A DNA stretch of 36,181 nt from a virus, in IMG/VR virus record IMGVR_UViG_3300018080_000078, positions 1-36,181 of that record; one strand, written 5' to 3'. The translations under genes and the position numbers were made by a program. The notes under the pieces were generated by a model. That model saw only the letters and a list, made by a program, of their open reading frames with translations. It made no database searches and was not told the origin of the DNA. Below are positions 22,527 through 31,293 of this stretch, piece by piece. The first letter of the stretch is position 1; every line of letters starts with the position of its first letter.

Positions 22527-22766
22527 TTAGTCTGTATTGTAGTTTTCTCTGCTTTTTTTAAGCGCTGCCGACAGTCTTGCGCGCTCCCTGAGAATTCGTT
22601 GAACCATTTTTATTTTTTTTGCTTTTTCTGCTTCTCTTCTTTCAACATTTCTGATGGTATCTGCTATTTCTTCCCTTGCCTTAGTCCACTCTTTTGTTCC
22701 CCATCGTGGACAGCGGTCCATTGCACCAATTGAAATAACTATGAAAAACAAGCATATTTGTTTCAT
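22527..22766 (-). CDS. Small secreted basic protein (79 aa)
   Basis: Signal-like MKQICLFFIVISIGAM, followed by a Lys/Arg/Glu-rich helical region. Confidence 0.5.
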   Translation of the reverse strand: MKQICLFFIVISIGAMDRCPRWGTKEWTKAREEIADTIRNVERREAEKAKKIKMVQRILRERARLSAALKKSRENYNTD

Positions 22767-22788
22767 TTTAACCCTTACAAATCAACAT

Positions 22789-22817
22789 ATAATAACACAT
22801 ATATTAAAAGGAGTCAA
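22789..22817 (-). promoter_or_regulatory. Sigma70-type promoter with extended -10 for the 22766 -> 21432 operon
   Basis: Minus strand reads TTGACT-CCTTTTAATATATGTGT-TATTAT, with a 17-nt spacer and TGn. Confidence 0.55.
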
Positions 22818-22832
22818 GGTGTGTGTTAAAGA

Positions 22833-22851
22833 AGCCTGGAAAAGCCAGGCT
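22833..22851. terminator. Hairpin after the 22859..23140 gene
   Basis: AGCCTGG-AAAAG-CCAGGCT is a perfect 7-bp stem. Both flanks are T-rich (minus: TCTTTAAC; plus: CCCATTTTTA). Confidence 0.5.
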
Positions 22852-22858
22852 CCCATTT

Positions 22859-23140
22859 TTATCTTCTAGCGATGTTGAGTACTAGTGTGACTATTAACAT
22901 GGCAAAGGTTACGAGCTTTTCTCCAACCTTTTCCATTATGGGAAGACAGTTTACGGGTTCTCTCCTCTGTCTTCTTGGTTCAATTCCATACTCTTCAAGT
23001 TCTTGTCTGTAGTATTCTGTGGCTTCTTGTAGCTCTTCGTGTGTAACTTGTGGTTGTCTTCGTCTGAAGCGTGGCCATTTTGCCTGAGCAGGTATACTCA
23101 TTAAGAGTGATAGCGCCATAACCATTTTAAGGGTTTTCAT
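22859..23140 (-). CDS. Small protein with an N-terminal signal peptide and a C-terminal TM anchor (93 aa)
   Basis: MKTLKMVMALSLLMSIPAQA, then an Arg/Glu-rich region, then LVTFAMLIVTLVLNIARR. It has its own terminator. Confidence 0.55.
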   Translation of the reverse strand: MKTLKMVMALSLLMSIPAQAKWPRFRRRQPQVTHEELQEATEYYRQELEEYGIEPRRQRREPVNCLPIMEKVGEKLVTFAMLIVTLVLNIARR

Positions 23141-23206
23141 AAAATTCCCTTTCCATTTAAAGTGTTAATAAGTCATATATATTTTAACATATTTAGGAGA
23201 AGTAAT

Positions 23207-23737
23207 ATGGAAAAACATAAAGGTTGGGTTAGATATACGAAGTTAAGGGAAGAAGGTGTTCCAACTATCGGCGAGCAAGTTTTAAAAGAGTCTAAAAATG
23301 CAAAATATAATACGCACTCTGCGCAAGAACAGGTTGATGAGGAGCTCAAGAATTATCCAAAGGAAATTGTTGAGTGTATTAATAACGGAAAAAAGCATCA
23401 TGATGGCGATTTTTATATAGAGGTTCTTTTTTGTTATGACAGAATGCTTGAAGGAAAGAGAAAAAATATATTTGCAGCTCGTCCAACTTGTCCTAAGCCA
23501 TTCTATGATCAGGCTGCCTATAAATACATAAGAGGTGAAGATAGGCTGGAGTTTTTGTGGGTTGTGCCAGATATTGATCTATGCCAGTTGTATAGATACA
23601 ACATAGGGATGGTTCCTGATGACGAAAAAGAGCTATATGAAAATATTAGGAAATATCATAATGGCGATCTTGCCAAAATAGAATATTTTGAAAATAACAA
23701 AGGAAAGAAGAAACAGTTTTCTGTAACGAGGAGTTAA
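23207..23737 (+). CDS. Hypothetical protein (176 aa)
   Basis: ATG 23207 after TAGGAG is preferred over the track's 23162. No motif recognised. Confidence 0.55.
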   Translation: MEKHKGWVRYTKLREEGVPTIGEQVLKESKNAKYNTHSAQEQVDEELKNYPKEIVECINNGKKHHDGDFYIEVLFCYDRMLEGKRKNIFAARPTCPKPFYDQAAYKYIRGEDRLEFLWVVPDIDLCQLYRYNIGMVPDDEKELYENIRKYHNGDLAKIEYFENNKGKKKQFSVTRS

Positions 23738-23739
23738 AA

Positions 23740-24504
23740 ATGAACGAAAACGAAGAAACAGTTCAGCAAGAAGTTCAACCGCAGGTGGAGGAACAGGTTG
23801 AGGCAGTACAAAATGTGGAGCCTGTAGAGAGCCCGCAAGAAGAACAATCCGCTGAGCAAAACTTTGAGCATAACAAGCTTGAAGATAATTTGCGTGAACT
23901 TCGAGCTGCTAAAAGACGAGAAAAAGAGCGAGCCGAGCAGGCGGAATATGAGCGTGATCAGCTTGTGAAATATTTTGAGAACATGCAAAAACAGCCACAG
24001 CAGCAACAGCAAGATGATATTGGAGTAAGCCCAGACGACTATGTTGAAGGTAAGCACCTTGGAAAGGTTACAAAGACGGTTAAAGAGCTTAAGCAAGAAG
24101 TGCAACAGTGGAAAGCATATAGTGAAGAAATGACAGCGGAACTCAAACTAAGTTCAGAGTTTTCTGATTTCAACGATGTTGTAACCGCTGATAATGTAAA
24201 GGCTTTTATAAAGAGGCATCCTGAAATGCGTGGCGCTATACAAAACAGTGATCCGCTTTACAATAGAGGCAAGGCAACGTACAGGCTTATAAAGCAGTTT
24301 ATGGGTGAAGAGGTTGCTCCTGTAGACAGAGTAAAGCAGGCAAAAATACAAAATAATGCATCTACACCAAGGCCATCTGCTTCTATAAAAGAGAAACAAA
24401 CATCTCCTTTATCTCAAGCAAATATGTTTGCTGAAGGATACACAGAAGAAATAGGCGCGGCTCTAGAAAAAGAAATGTATGACGCTATTAGGCGTTATAA
24501 CTAG
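23740..24504 (+). CDS. Scaffolding protein (putative)
   Basis: It lies immediately upstream of the major capsid gene. It has an acidic Q/E-rich N-terminus and a helical coiled-coil composition (EQVEAVQNVEP...RELRAAKRREKERAEQAEYERDQL). Confidence 0.6.
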   Translation: MNENEETVQQEVQPQVEEQVEAVQNVEPVESPQEEQSAEQNFEHNKLEDNLRELRAAKRREKERAEQAEYERDQLVKYFENMQKQPQQQQQDDIGVSPDDYVEGKHLGKVTKTVKELKQEVQQWKAYSEEMTAELKLSSEFSDFNDVVTADNVKAFIKRHPEMRGAIQNSDPLYNRGKATYRLIKQFMGEEVAPVDRVKQAKIQNNASTPRPSASIKEKQTSPLSQANMFAEGYTEEIGAALEKEMYDAIRRYN

Positions 24505-24552
24505 TTTTTGTTTTAATTTTTTTTGTTTTGAGACATATAGTTGATTGTGGCA

Positions 24553-24603
24553 GTAAGGGACTCGCCAACCCACAACGAGCTGTAAGGGCGTCGCTCACCC
24601 ACA
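24553..24603 (+). repeat. Two 22-nt direct repeats in the capsid-gene leader
   Basis: GTAAGGGACTCGCCAACCCACA (24553..24574) and GTAAGGGCGTCGCTCACCCACA (24582..24603), with a 29-nt period. These are GC-rich islands in an AT-rich spacer. Confidence 0.75.
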
Positions 24604-24640
24604 TAGTGATGTATTATTAAAAAACTCTAAGGAGTAATTT

Positions 24641-25585
24641 ATGGCTAATATTACAACAACGACTATATTGCCTCCTCCGATTGCTCAGAGTTATGCATAT
24701 AAGCTGCTTCGTTCTAGAACAAGGGCATTGATACACGGGCTTCCACTAGAAAAAAAAGAGCTTATGCGTAATCAGGGCGATACCTTACGGTTTAGGAGAT
24801 ATATACCGCTTGTAACAAATACAACGCCTCTTGGTAACTCAGGTGCAACACCTCCAGGGCAACAGCTTACTGCAATAGATATTGACGCAAAAGTTCAATG
24901 GTATGGAACATATGTTACCTCAAATGAGCAGGTTGTTATAACCTCTCAAGATCCGGTTCTCAATGTTTTGGCAGAGAGACTTGGTGTATTTATGAAAGAA
25001 ACTGATGATGAACTCATTAGGAATGTGCTTGCAAGTACTGCTTCTTTCCAAAATTGCACAAATGGCCAAAATGGTGATACCCCTACAGAAATTACCGCTG
25101 AGGATGTGGCTAAGTCATATCAGACTCTGCGTAGCAATGATGCGTTCCCATGTATAATGGGCCGAGAAGGTGCAGATAAGATTAATACTACACCAACCAG
25201 AGAGGCATATTTTGCGCTTTGTCATACCGATCTTATTACTGATTTGGATAGAATTCCTACATTTGTAGAAAAGATTAAATATCCAAATCAAATGGGAATA
25301 AGGCATTCTGAGCATGGTACAATTAATGGCTTTGCGTTCCATACATCATCTCAAGGATCTATAGACTCTGTTTTATCTACTGATGGTTTTGATGTATATA
25401 ATGTGTTCTGTGTTGGTAAGGAGGCTGCTGCTCGTGTTTCTCTTGAGGGAAATGCTAAGTTCATTTATACTCCACCATTAGATCCATTACATCAAAACTT
25501 CACTGCTGCTGTCAAATGGGTGCAAGTGCCTAGAATCCTCAATGACTCTTACTTATTGAGAGTTCGTTGTACTTTGTTTAGATAG
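24641..25585 (+). CDS. Major capsid protein (HK97 fold; resembles the N4-gp56-type family)
   Basis: 314 aa, following the scaffold gene. RNQGDTLRFRRYIPL...TPLGNSGATPPGQQLT..DIDAKVQWYGTY fits the k.G.t..f.R...l....pL.eG..P pattern of that capsid family. Strong RBS. Confidence 0.8.
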   Translation: MANITTTTILPPPIAQSYAYKLLRSRTRALIHGLPLEKKELMRNQGDTLRFRRYIPLVTNTTPLGNSGATPPGQQLTAIDIDAKVQWYGTYVTSNEQVVITSQDPVLNVLAERLGVFMKETDDELIRNVLASTASFQNCTNGQNGDTPTEITAEDVAKSYQTLRSNDAFPCIMGREGADKINTTPTREAYFALCHTDLITDLDRIPTFVEKIKYPNQMGIRHSEHGTINGFAFHTSSQGSIDSVLSTDGFDVYNVFCVGKEAAARVSLEGNAKFIYTPPLDPLHQNFTAAVKWVQVPRILNDSYLLRVRCTLFR

Positions 25586-25596
25586 GAGTGTGAATA

Positions 25597-26508
25597 ATGG
25601 TTAATTTAATGCAAGGCAGTTATACTGCCGATGGAAACGTAAAGCTCTTAGAAGTGCCATTTGATGCAAATTGGCTAAAGGTTGTTAACTTTACGGTGTC
25701 TGCTGCAGGTGGTGCTGGAAGTATTTCAGAGTGCTATTGGCAACAAGGTATGGACTACGGTCTTGGATATACAAAGCTTGCTGCTGATGACTCGCTTGAA
25801 GTTGGAAACTTAGCAGCTGCTACGGGTATTACAAAAATAAATACCGGAGACAATCCTCTAACGGCTGCGATAGCGACAACTGGTGTAACAGGAGCTAATC
25901 CTCCATTGATAACGTTGGCTGACACAACTGGTTTTGTTGCTGGTTCTATTGTGAGAATGGGGGCAGCTCCCGCAGCAACACAGCTTGACGGGATGGATTT
26001 TTCAGTTGGAACCGTTGTTGGCAATACGAGTCTTGAGCTTCCTTATATGGCTCAGATTGTTGCTGATGGCAATGCAGGCGAGATATACAGAGTTAAATAT
26101 GACAAACTATGGTATCCACGCACGAGATTTATTTCTGCTATGACTCAAGCCGCACAGGCTCTTATTACTCTTACAGTTACACATGAATACGCTGTTGGTG
26201 ACTATGTAAGATTGATGGTACCTGATGCTTTTGGCATGAAAGAAGCAAATCTAAAAGAGGTTAAGGTAACTGCTATAGATGCTGCAAATAACACTATAAC
26301 GGTTAATCTTGACACGACTGCTTATACTGCGTTTGCGTTCCCTGTAACAGGAACAACGCTTACATCGTGGGCAGAAGTTGTGCCTCTAAGTGGTCCAATT
26401 GAAAACGTTCAATTCAGAGGCTTTGAGCTTCCTGCTGGAGCCGCCGCTGCTGGTGGTGTAGCTAATGATGTGATCTACTGGGCTGCTGGTGATTCATTTG
26501 GAATATAA
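25597..26508 (+). CDS. Capsid-associated protein (decoration / second head protein, putative), 303 aa
   Basis: It is co-transcribed with the capsid gene ahead of a strong terminator. It is Ala/Gly/Thr-rich with two similar beta-rich segments (GFVAGSIVRMGAAP... and YAVGDYVRLMVPDA...). Confidence 0.4.
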   Translation: MVNLMQGSYTADGNVKLLEVPFDANWLKVVNFTVSAAGGAGSISECYWQQGMDYGLGYTKLAADDSLEVGNLAAATGITKINTGDNPLTAAIATTGVTGANPPLITLADTTGFVAGSIVRMGAAPAATQLDGMDFSVGTVVGNTSLELPYMAQIVADGNAGEIYRVKYDKLWYPRTRFISAMTQAAQALITLTVTHEYAVGDYVRLMVPDAFGMKEANLKEVKVTAIDAANNTITVNLDTTAYTAFAFPVTGTTLTSWAEVVPLSGPIENVQFRGFELPAGAAAAGGVANDVIYWAAGDSFGI

Positions 26509-26513
26509 TATAA

Positions 26514-26537
26514 AGGGGGCCTTGCGCCCCCTTCTTT
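26514..26537 (+). terminator. Rho-independent terminator after the capsid genes
   Basis: AGGGGGC (26514-26520) pairs with GCCCCCT (26526-26532) across loop CTTGC, followed by TCTTT. Confidence 0.7.
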
Positions 26538-26550
26538 AGAAGGAGTAAAA

Positions 26551-26901
26551 ATGCAAGAAGTTTCAAATAAACAACAGCAAGTTAAGGCAGCTGTGCCATT
26601 AAAAAAGAGGTTTCCCAAAAAACCTGAGATGGTGGAGGGAATATTTAGAAATTGGGAAATTAGAGGTGCTCCAATAACCTTTTCTTATACAGACGACGGA
26701 TCTCCTGCAAAAAAATATACACTAGAAGATGGTAAAAAATATGTATTGCCAATTAATGTTGCAAGGCATCTTAATCGGTGTGGATATCCAACAAGTGAGG
26801 CTGAGGTAGACAAGCAGGGGCATTATTTAGGTAAAAGAGAAGGTTGGATAAGAAGGTATAGCTTTAGAAGAGTTGATGATCTTATGGATGACGTAGGATA
26901 A
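26551..26901 (+). CDS. Hypothetical virion-module protein (116 aa)
   Basis: Position only. Confidence 0.5.
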   Translation: MQEVSNKQQQVKAAVPLKKRFPKKPEMVEGIFRNWEIRGAPITFSYTDDGSPAKKYTLEDGKKYVLPINVARHLNRCGYPTSEAEVDKQGHYLGKREGWIRRYSFRRVDDLMDDVG

Positions 26902-26917
26902 CCAGAAAGGGAGTTGT

Positions 26918-27910
26918 ATGGCAACGTTTGAAAAGATTAAAGAAAAAGTAAGGCTGCTTACAAAGAAGCCATCTACAACGCAAATTTCAGAAGACTCGCT
27001 TAAAGAGTATATTAATACTTTTTATCAGTATGATTTGCCGCAGATGGTACAGACATTTGACCTATTGAAAAATGTTTCGTTTTCTACAACTCCCTATGTA
27101 GGTGCCTATTCGACAACAATCGGTGATTTTATATTTAACTTAAAAGACTTCAAGGATATTGTTATAGCAACGGATCAGCCGGTGTATTTAGCTGGAAGAG
27201 AGATTAAACTGTTCCAATCTCCTGCGGACTTTTATAATACGTATACACAAGTTAAGACACTTGGAAGGATTGGAGTTGGCGATGGAGTAACCGCCCACTT
27301 TACCTACACCCTTCCAACCAAGGTTTTACATAGATCGGTACTTATAGGATCGTTAAATATTGCTACAGAAGCAATTATAGCGATAGACGAGCCCATTTTA
27401 GATCAATATGGAAGAACGTCTAATGAGGGCGACTTATTAGATGCTGCAGGTAACAATATAGGAACAATAAACTATTTAACCGGAGAGGTTGATATAGTTT
27501 TTCCTCAAGTTCCGGCAAATGGCGAAGATATTACCTATGAAATGTTTCCGTTTCAGGCGTCCGCACCAGATGGAATTCTGTTTTTTGATAATACGTTTAT
27601 TTTGAGGCCGGTTCCAGATAGGGTATATGAAGTGACATTGCAGGTTCGCGAGCAGCCAACTGCATTTGAATTAAATACAGATACTCCGGTTATAAAACAG
27701 TGGTGGCAGTTTATAGCCTATGGTGCAGCAAAAAAAATTTTAGAAGATAGTTCAGATCATGAGAGTGTTCAAAATATAATGCCAGAATATGAAAGGCAAA
27801 AACTATTTGTAATGAGAAAAACAGAGCTTAACAAGTCTAAAGACAGGTCAAATACTATATTTACAGGCGCAGAAAACCTAGCTGAAAGATGGTATTACTA
27901 TTATGGATAA
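26918..27910 (+). CDS. Head-tail adaptor / tail tubular protein A-like (putative), 330 aa
   Basis: Synteny only: first of two genes between the capsid and internal-protein genes, as in T7-like podoviruses. Confidence 0.35.
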   Translation: MATFEKIKEKVRLLTKKPSTTQISEDSLKEYINTFYQYDLPQMVQTFDLLKNVSFSTTPYVGAYSTTIGDFIFNLKDFKDIVIATDQPVYLAGREIKLFQSPADFYNTYTQVKTLGRIGVGDGVTAHFTYTLPTKVLHRSVLIGSLNIATEAIIAIDEPILDQYGRTSNEGDLLDAAGNNIGTINYLTGEVDIVFPQVPANGEDITYEMFPFQASAPDGILFFDNTFILRPVPDRVYEVTLQVREQPTAFELNTDTPVIKQWWQFIAYGAAKKILEDSSDHESVQNIMPEYERQKLFVMRKTELNKSKDRSNTIFTGAENLAERWYYYYG

Positions 27911-29972
27911 GTTTTTAATAGCGCCTATAAAAGGTGGACTTAAAACTGATTTAGTTCCATTTGTGATGCCCGAAGATGCTTTTAGTTCATTGCAAAATAT
28001 GTTTATATACAATGGAAAAATTAGAAGAAGGCCTGCGGCTTTAAGTTTAGATCAAACAAATGCCAGGGCTTCAAACTCAAGGCTTCGTGTAAATATTGGC
28101 GCCACAGATGGCGCAGGCGCATTTGCAGGAAATGTTCCTGGAGCTGGGCTAATAGATCAGCAGTTTTCTGTTGGGAATGATTTTTTTACTGTGTATCAGG
28201 CAAATGGTGCGATGCTTTCTACAAATGCAGGTGCTAACGGCACATTTAATACTGGGACTGGCGCTGTTACTATAGCTGGTTCTGGCGCATTAACAACTGT
28301 ATATTGGTATCCAGCTGGTCCAGTATTAGGTTTTGCAGTTTTTACTGAAAATGACGGAAATAGGATCGAGTTCGCCTTTGATTTTGAATTTGCGTATAAA
28401 TATGAAACAACAGGCTGGGAGCGTGTAACTGGTGGTGCTGGGATCTGGGCTTCGCCTACAGCGTATAGAATACAGTCTGTTGAGTTTGAGGGCGCTGTCT
28501 CTGGCGATTCTGCGCTACTTGTAACAAATAACAATGACAATATAAGGTATTATACTGATGTAGCGCCAACGTTTACAAATTTTATACCAAATACCTCAGC
28601 TACGCCAAACTTCAATATACAAAGATGTCGTTTGTTTGCTAATTTTCAGCAGCGACTCTTATTGTTGAATGTTGTGGAGCATGAAGGTGCTGCTTTAGAC
28701 ATAGAACACAAAAACAGAATTAGGTATAGCGAGTTTGGAAACGCCTTTGCTGCAGATTCTTGGTATGATCCACCTGGCACAACCAACAAGGGTGGGTTTG
28801 TTGATTTGCCGGCTGGAGAAATAATAACATCTGCAGAAATACTAGATGGAAGGCTAATTGTCTTTTGTGAGTCGTCTATATATGAGCTCGTTCCAACTGG
28901 AAATTATAGGGAACCGTTTCAGATTTCACTGGTTGACAATACCCATGGAAATAGGGCTCAAAATGTAGTAGAAGTTAATAATACGCTCCTGTTTGCGAAC
29001 AACTTTGGTATATATATATATGATGGCCGGAATGTTATTAAAATTAGTGATGACCTTGACGATACATTTGATAACTATGAGTATAGATTTTCAACAATAC
29101 ACAAAGACTCCATAATGGAATTAATATATATATTGGTGTCCGACAACCTTACTGATAATTTTAATTTTTATCCAAACTCTGTCATTGTTTACAACTATAA
29201 AAACAATACTTTTAGCACAATAAGGGATCAATATTCATCAATTGGGCTTATATATCATAGTGCAACAGGTGGAATCTTTGTTTCTCCGTATACTATTGTT
29301 GGCAATCAGGTCGGATATACACAGGCGCTTCTCGAAGACTCATATAAGAATAATGTGTCTAAAACGGTAACTCTTATTAGTCGATTTGACGCACTTAGGA
29401 TAGATATCCGAATTCGGAGGCATCGATTAAAAGTTCTCGATGCAATAAGAATAGAAAACTCGGCGCTTCCAGGATTAAATGACTCTTATTTTGTGCTTGA
29501 GGTTTTGAGTGATGATTCTGTACGAATTTTAAATGATACATCTAATGTTGCAAATTATGTCGGTGATGCACAGGTTGCACGAATTGATGAGATCTCTATA
29601 ACATCAAAGCAGTATAATTTTTATATGAAACAAGGCTTTGGAACTTCGATAAATAGAATAGCGTTTAATGTTAACAAGACAGCTATAAATGGAACATATG
29701 ACCTTACTGGGCAACCAAACGGATCTGCTGTTGAGGCAGTTGTTCCGGCATTTTATATTGGAGAAAGAAAGCTTGAAACTGCCGCGTATGCGCTTGTTCC
29801 GGAAGAAGCGGCACAGTCTAGGGTGTGGCATAGTGTTTATTTTCAAACAGCGGGAGAAAGTGTTTCATTTCAGTTAACCAATTCTAGTGAAATACTCGAC
29901 GCAGCCGATCCGTATCAAGAGCTAACAATTAATGGAATAATTCTTTATACGGAGCCCGAGAAAAACATTTAG
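27903..29972 (+). CDS. Tail tubular protein B / nozzle-like (putative), 689 aa
   Basis: Synteny and size. The segment DGRLIVFCESSIYELVPTGNYREPFQISLVDNTHGNRAQNVVEVNNTLLFANNFGIYIYDG resembles the propeller-blade pattern of podovirus nozzle proteins. Confidence 0.5.
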   Translation: MDKFLIAPIKGGLKTDLVPFVMPEDAFSSLQNMFIYNGKIRRRPAALSLDQTNARASNSRLRVNIGATDGAGAFAGNVPGAGLIDQQFSVGNDFFTVYQANGAMLSTNAGANGTFNTGTGAVTIAGSGALTTVYWYPAGPVLGFAVFTENDGNRIEFAFDFEFAYKYETTGWERVTGGAGIWASPTAYRIQSVEFEGAVSGDSALLVTNNNDNIRYYTDVAPTFTNFIPNTSATPNFNIQRCRLFANFQQRLLLLNVVEHEGAALDIEHKNRIRYSEFGNAFAADSWYDPPGTTNKGGFVDLPAGEIITSAEILDGRLIVFCESSIYELVPTGNYREPFQISLVDNTHGNRAQNVVEVNNTLLFANNFGIYIYDGRNVIKISDDLDDTFDNYEYRFSTIHKDSIMELIYILVSDNLTDNFNFYPNSVIVYNYKNNTFSTIRDQYSSIGLIYHSATGGIFVSPYTIVGNQVGYTQALLEDSYKNNVSKTVTLISRFDALRIDIRIRRHRLKVLDAIRIENSALPGLNDSYFVLEVLSDDSVRILNDTSNVANYVGDAQVARIDEISITSKQYNFYMKQGFGTSINRIAFNVNKTAINGTYDLTGQPNGSAVEAVVPAFYIGERKLETAAYALVPEEAAQSRVWHSVYFQTAGESVSFQLTNSSEILDAADPYQELTINGIILYTEPEKNI

Positions 29973-30421
29973 GCCTTTGTGTATTCAAGTATTACTTGGC
30001 ATTGTGTAAAGTCGCTATAATCAATTGTTGTTTCTATTGAAATTGCCGCAGTTCCTATTGTCATTTCTAGTCCTGGATCATCTACAATCCATTGTACTGC
30101 GATAGGGTCAAACGCTTTTATGGTTGCTTTTATAAAGTCCCAGCTTGCGTTTACAGGTAGATTGTGTGCAACACTTTTTACTCCTGCATTTGGCAGTGCG
30201 CCAAAGTCTATAACCTTGCGATAAATCATTTTTTGTTCGCCCTGATCTTGCCCAAAATACCACTGTTGAGAGGTGAAAAATTCCTCGTCATTATATATTG
30301 CAGTATCTTTTGTGTTTATTATGTAAACAAGTTCATTTGTTTTTCTGAATACATTGCGTAGAAGCTCTTTGTCGTTTTGTGAAAAGTTTACCTTATCTGC
30401 TATTAAAATTTCTTCTGACAT
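29969..30421 (-). CDS. Hypothetical protein (150 aa), a lone reverse-strand gene in the tail module
   Basis: Clean ORF. The C-terminal half YRKVIDFGALPNAGVKSVAHNLP...QVILEYTKA looks like a beta-rich virion/fibre-type domain. Its stop overlaps the stop of the convergent 27903..29972 gene (TTAG). Confidence 0.6.
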   Translation of the reverse strand: MSEEILIADKVNFSQNDKELLRNVFRKTNELVYIINTKDTAIYNDEEFFTSQQWYFGQDQGEQKMIYRKVIDFGALPNAGVKSVAHNLPVNASWDFIKATIKAFDPIAVQWIVDDPGLEMTIGTAAISIETTIDYSDFTQCQVILEYTKA

Positions 30422-30462
30422 AATTTTCTCTCTAACTTTTTTGATTTAGTTTCTACCATAAA

Positions 30463-30490
30463 AACGAACGCGTTCGTTGTTATATATAAC
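30463..30490. promoter_or_regulatory. 16-bp perfect palindrome plus 12-bp AT palindrome in the divergent promoter region
   Basis: AACGAACGCGTTCGTT (30463..30478) is its own reverse complement. GTTATATATAAC (30479..30490) is also palindromic and contains TGtTATATA (an extended -10 candidate) 24 nt upstream of ATG 30510. Confidence 0.55.
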
Positions 30491-30509
30491 ATGTGTAGGA
30501 GAAAATATT

Positions 30510-31292
30510 ATGGCTTTACCTTTAGCGGCAATTCTTGCGGCAGCTCCATATGTTCTTAAGGGAGGAGCTTATCTTATAGATAAGTATAGACGTTGGAGAG
30601 ATCCAGAAGGGTTTCGTCGTGCTGAAATATTTAAAAGAGTTGGTATAACGCCAGAGCAGTATGAGCTCAGAAGGCAAAATCTAGAGCAAGCACTAGGCAC
30701 GCTTCAGGATCCACAGCGTGTATTCTTGCCTGCACAAGCTCAGATGCAACAGCCGGCAGATATAACGGCTGGACTTCCGCAGCAGGTTGGTGCCCAGCCT
30801 GTTGCAGCTAGGCCAACTGGGCTTGCAGGACTTTTGGCCTCACTTGGCGGAGCAGCAAGAAGTGGATATCAAGAAGATTTGGCTCGTATAGGTGCAAGAC
30901 GCGGCCCAGTTAGAAATCCACTTGGCAGAACCTCTGGGCAGCTTGGAATGATGACTGAGGCGCTTAGGGGAAGGGCTACAGGACTTGCGCAAGATAGATT
31001 TAGGCTTCTTTCTGATTATGCAACAAGAAGTGCAGTGTCAGACATAGAAGCTGCTGGCCTTGGCATGCAAAGAGAGGGGGCCCAGGGGAGACTGCAAAAC
31101 TTTCTTGCCCAACTAAGAAGGCAACAGCAAGCAGGCCAGCAAGAGCAATATCTTGGACAGCAAGGCCTTAATCTTGGAGAAGCAAATTTAAGAAATATTT
31201 TAGAAGGTGAGCGGTATAGGCAGGGTGTAAGGCGATTTGCTCTAGGGCAACAAGCTCCATATACTGCTCAACCAGCACCTCAAGGAGTGTGA
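30510..31292 (+). CDS. Internal virion (ejection-type) protein A, putative; N-terminal TM, Q/A/R/G-rich
   Basis: ATG 30510 after TAGGAG. ALPLAAILAAAPYVL is a hydrophobic helix. The low-complexity Q/A/G/R body and the position before the fibres match gp14-like proteins by synteny. Confidence 0.5.
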   Translation: MALPLAAILAAAPYVLKGGAYLIDKYRRWRDPEGFRRAEIFKRVGITPEQYELRRQNLEQALGTLQDPQRVFLPAQAQMQQPADITAGLPQQVGAQPVAARPTGLAGLLASLGGAARSGYQEDLARIGARRGPVRNPLGRTSGQLGMMTEALRGRATGLAQDRFRLLSDYATRSAVSDIEAAGLGMQREGAQGRLQNFLAQLRRQQQAGQQEQYLGQQGLNLGEANLRNILEGERYRQGVRRFALGQQAPYTAQPAPQGV

Positions 31293-31293
31293 A

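Noticed and set aside
22859-23140. A unimolecular spanin (N-terminal lipoprotein signal plus C-terminal TM, as in T1 gp11)
   Set aside because: The topology fits, but there is no lipobox Cys at the end of the signal peptide (…SIPAQA-KW…). No holin or endolysin is adjacent. It is kept only as an unknown exported protein.
23734-24105. Other shadow ORFs opposite the scaffold, terminase, portal, ejection-protein and early genes (e.g. 23734..24105, 31935..32351, 31852..32178, 20328..20684, 16061..16429, 13185..13586, 13603..13998, 16994..17476)
   Set aside because: Each is fully embedded antisense or out of frame within a gene that has recognisable motifs or strong operon context. Their products are hydrophobic low-complexity sequence.
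24505-24640. A tRNA or other small structured RNA gene in the GC-rich patches of the intergenic regions (24505..24640, 11490..11590)
   Set aside because: I could not fold either into a cloverleaf, and no acceptor/T-arm (GTTCRA-like) pattern is present. The 24.5-kb element is a pair of direct repeats. The 11.5-kb element is hairpins. It is kept as a finding, but not as a tRNA.
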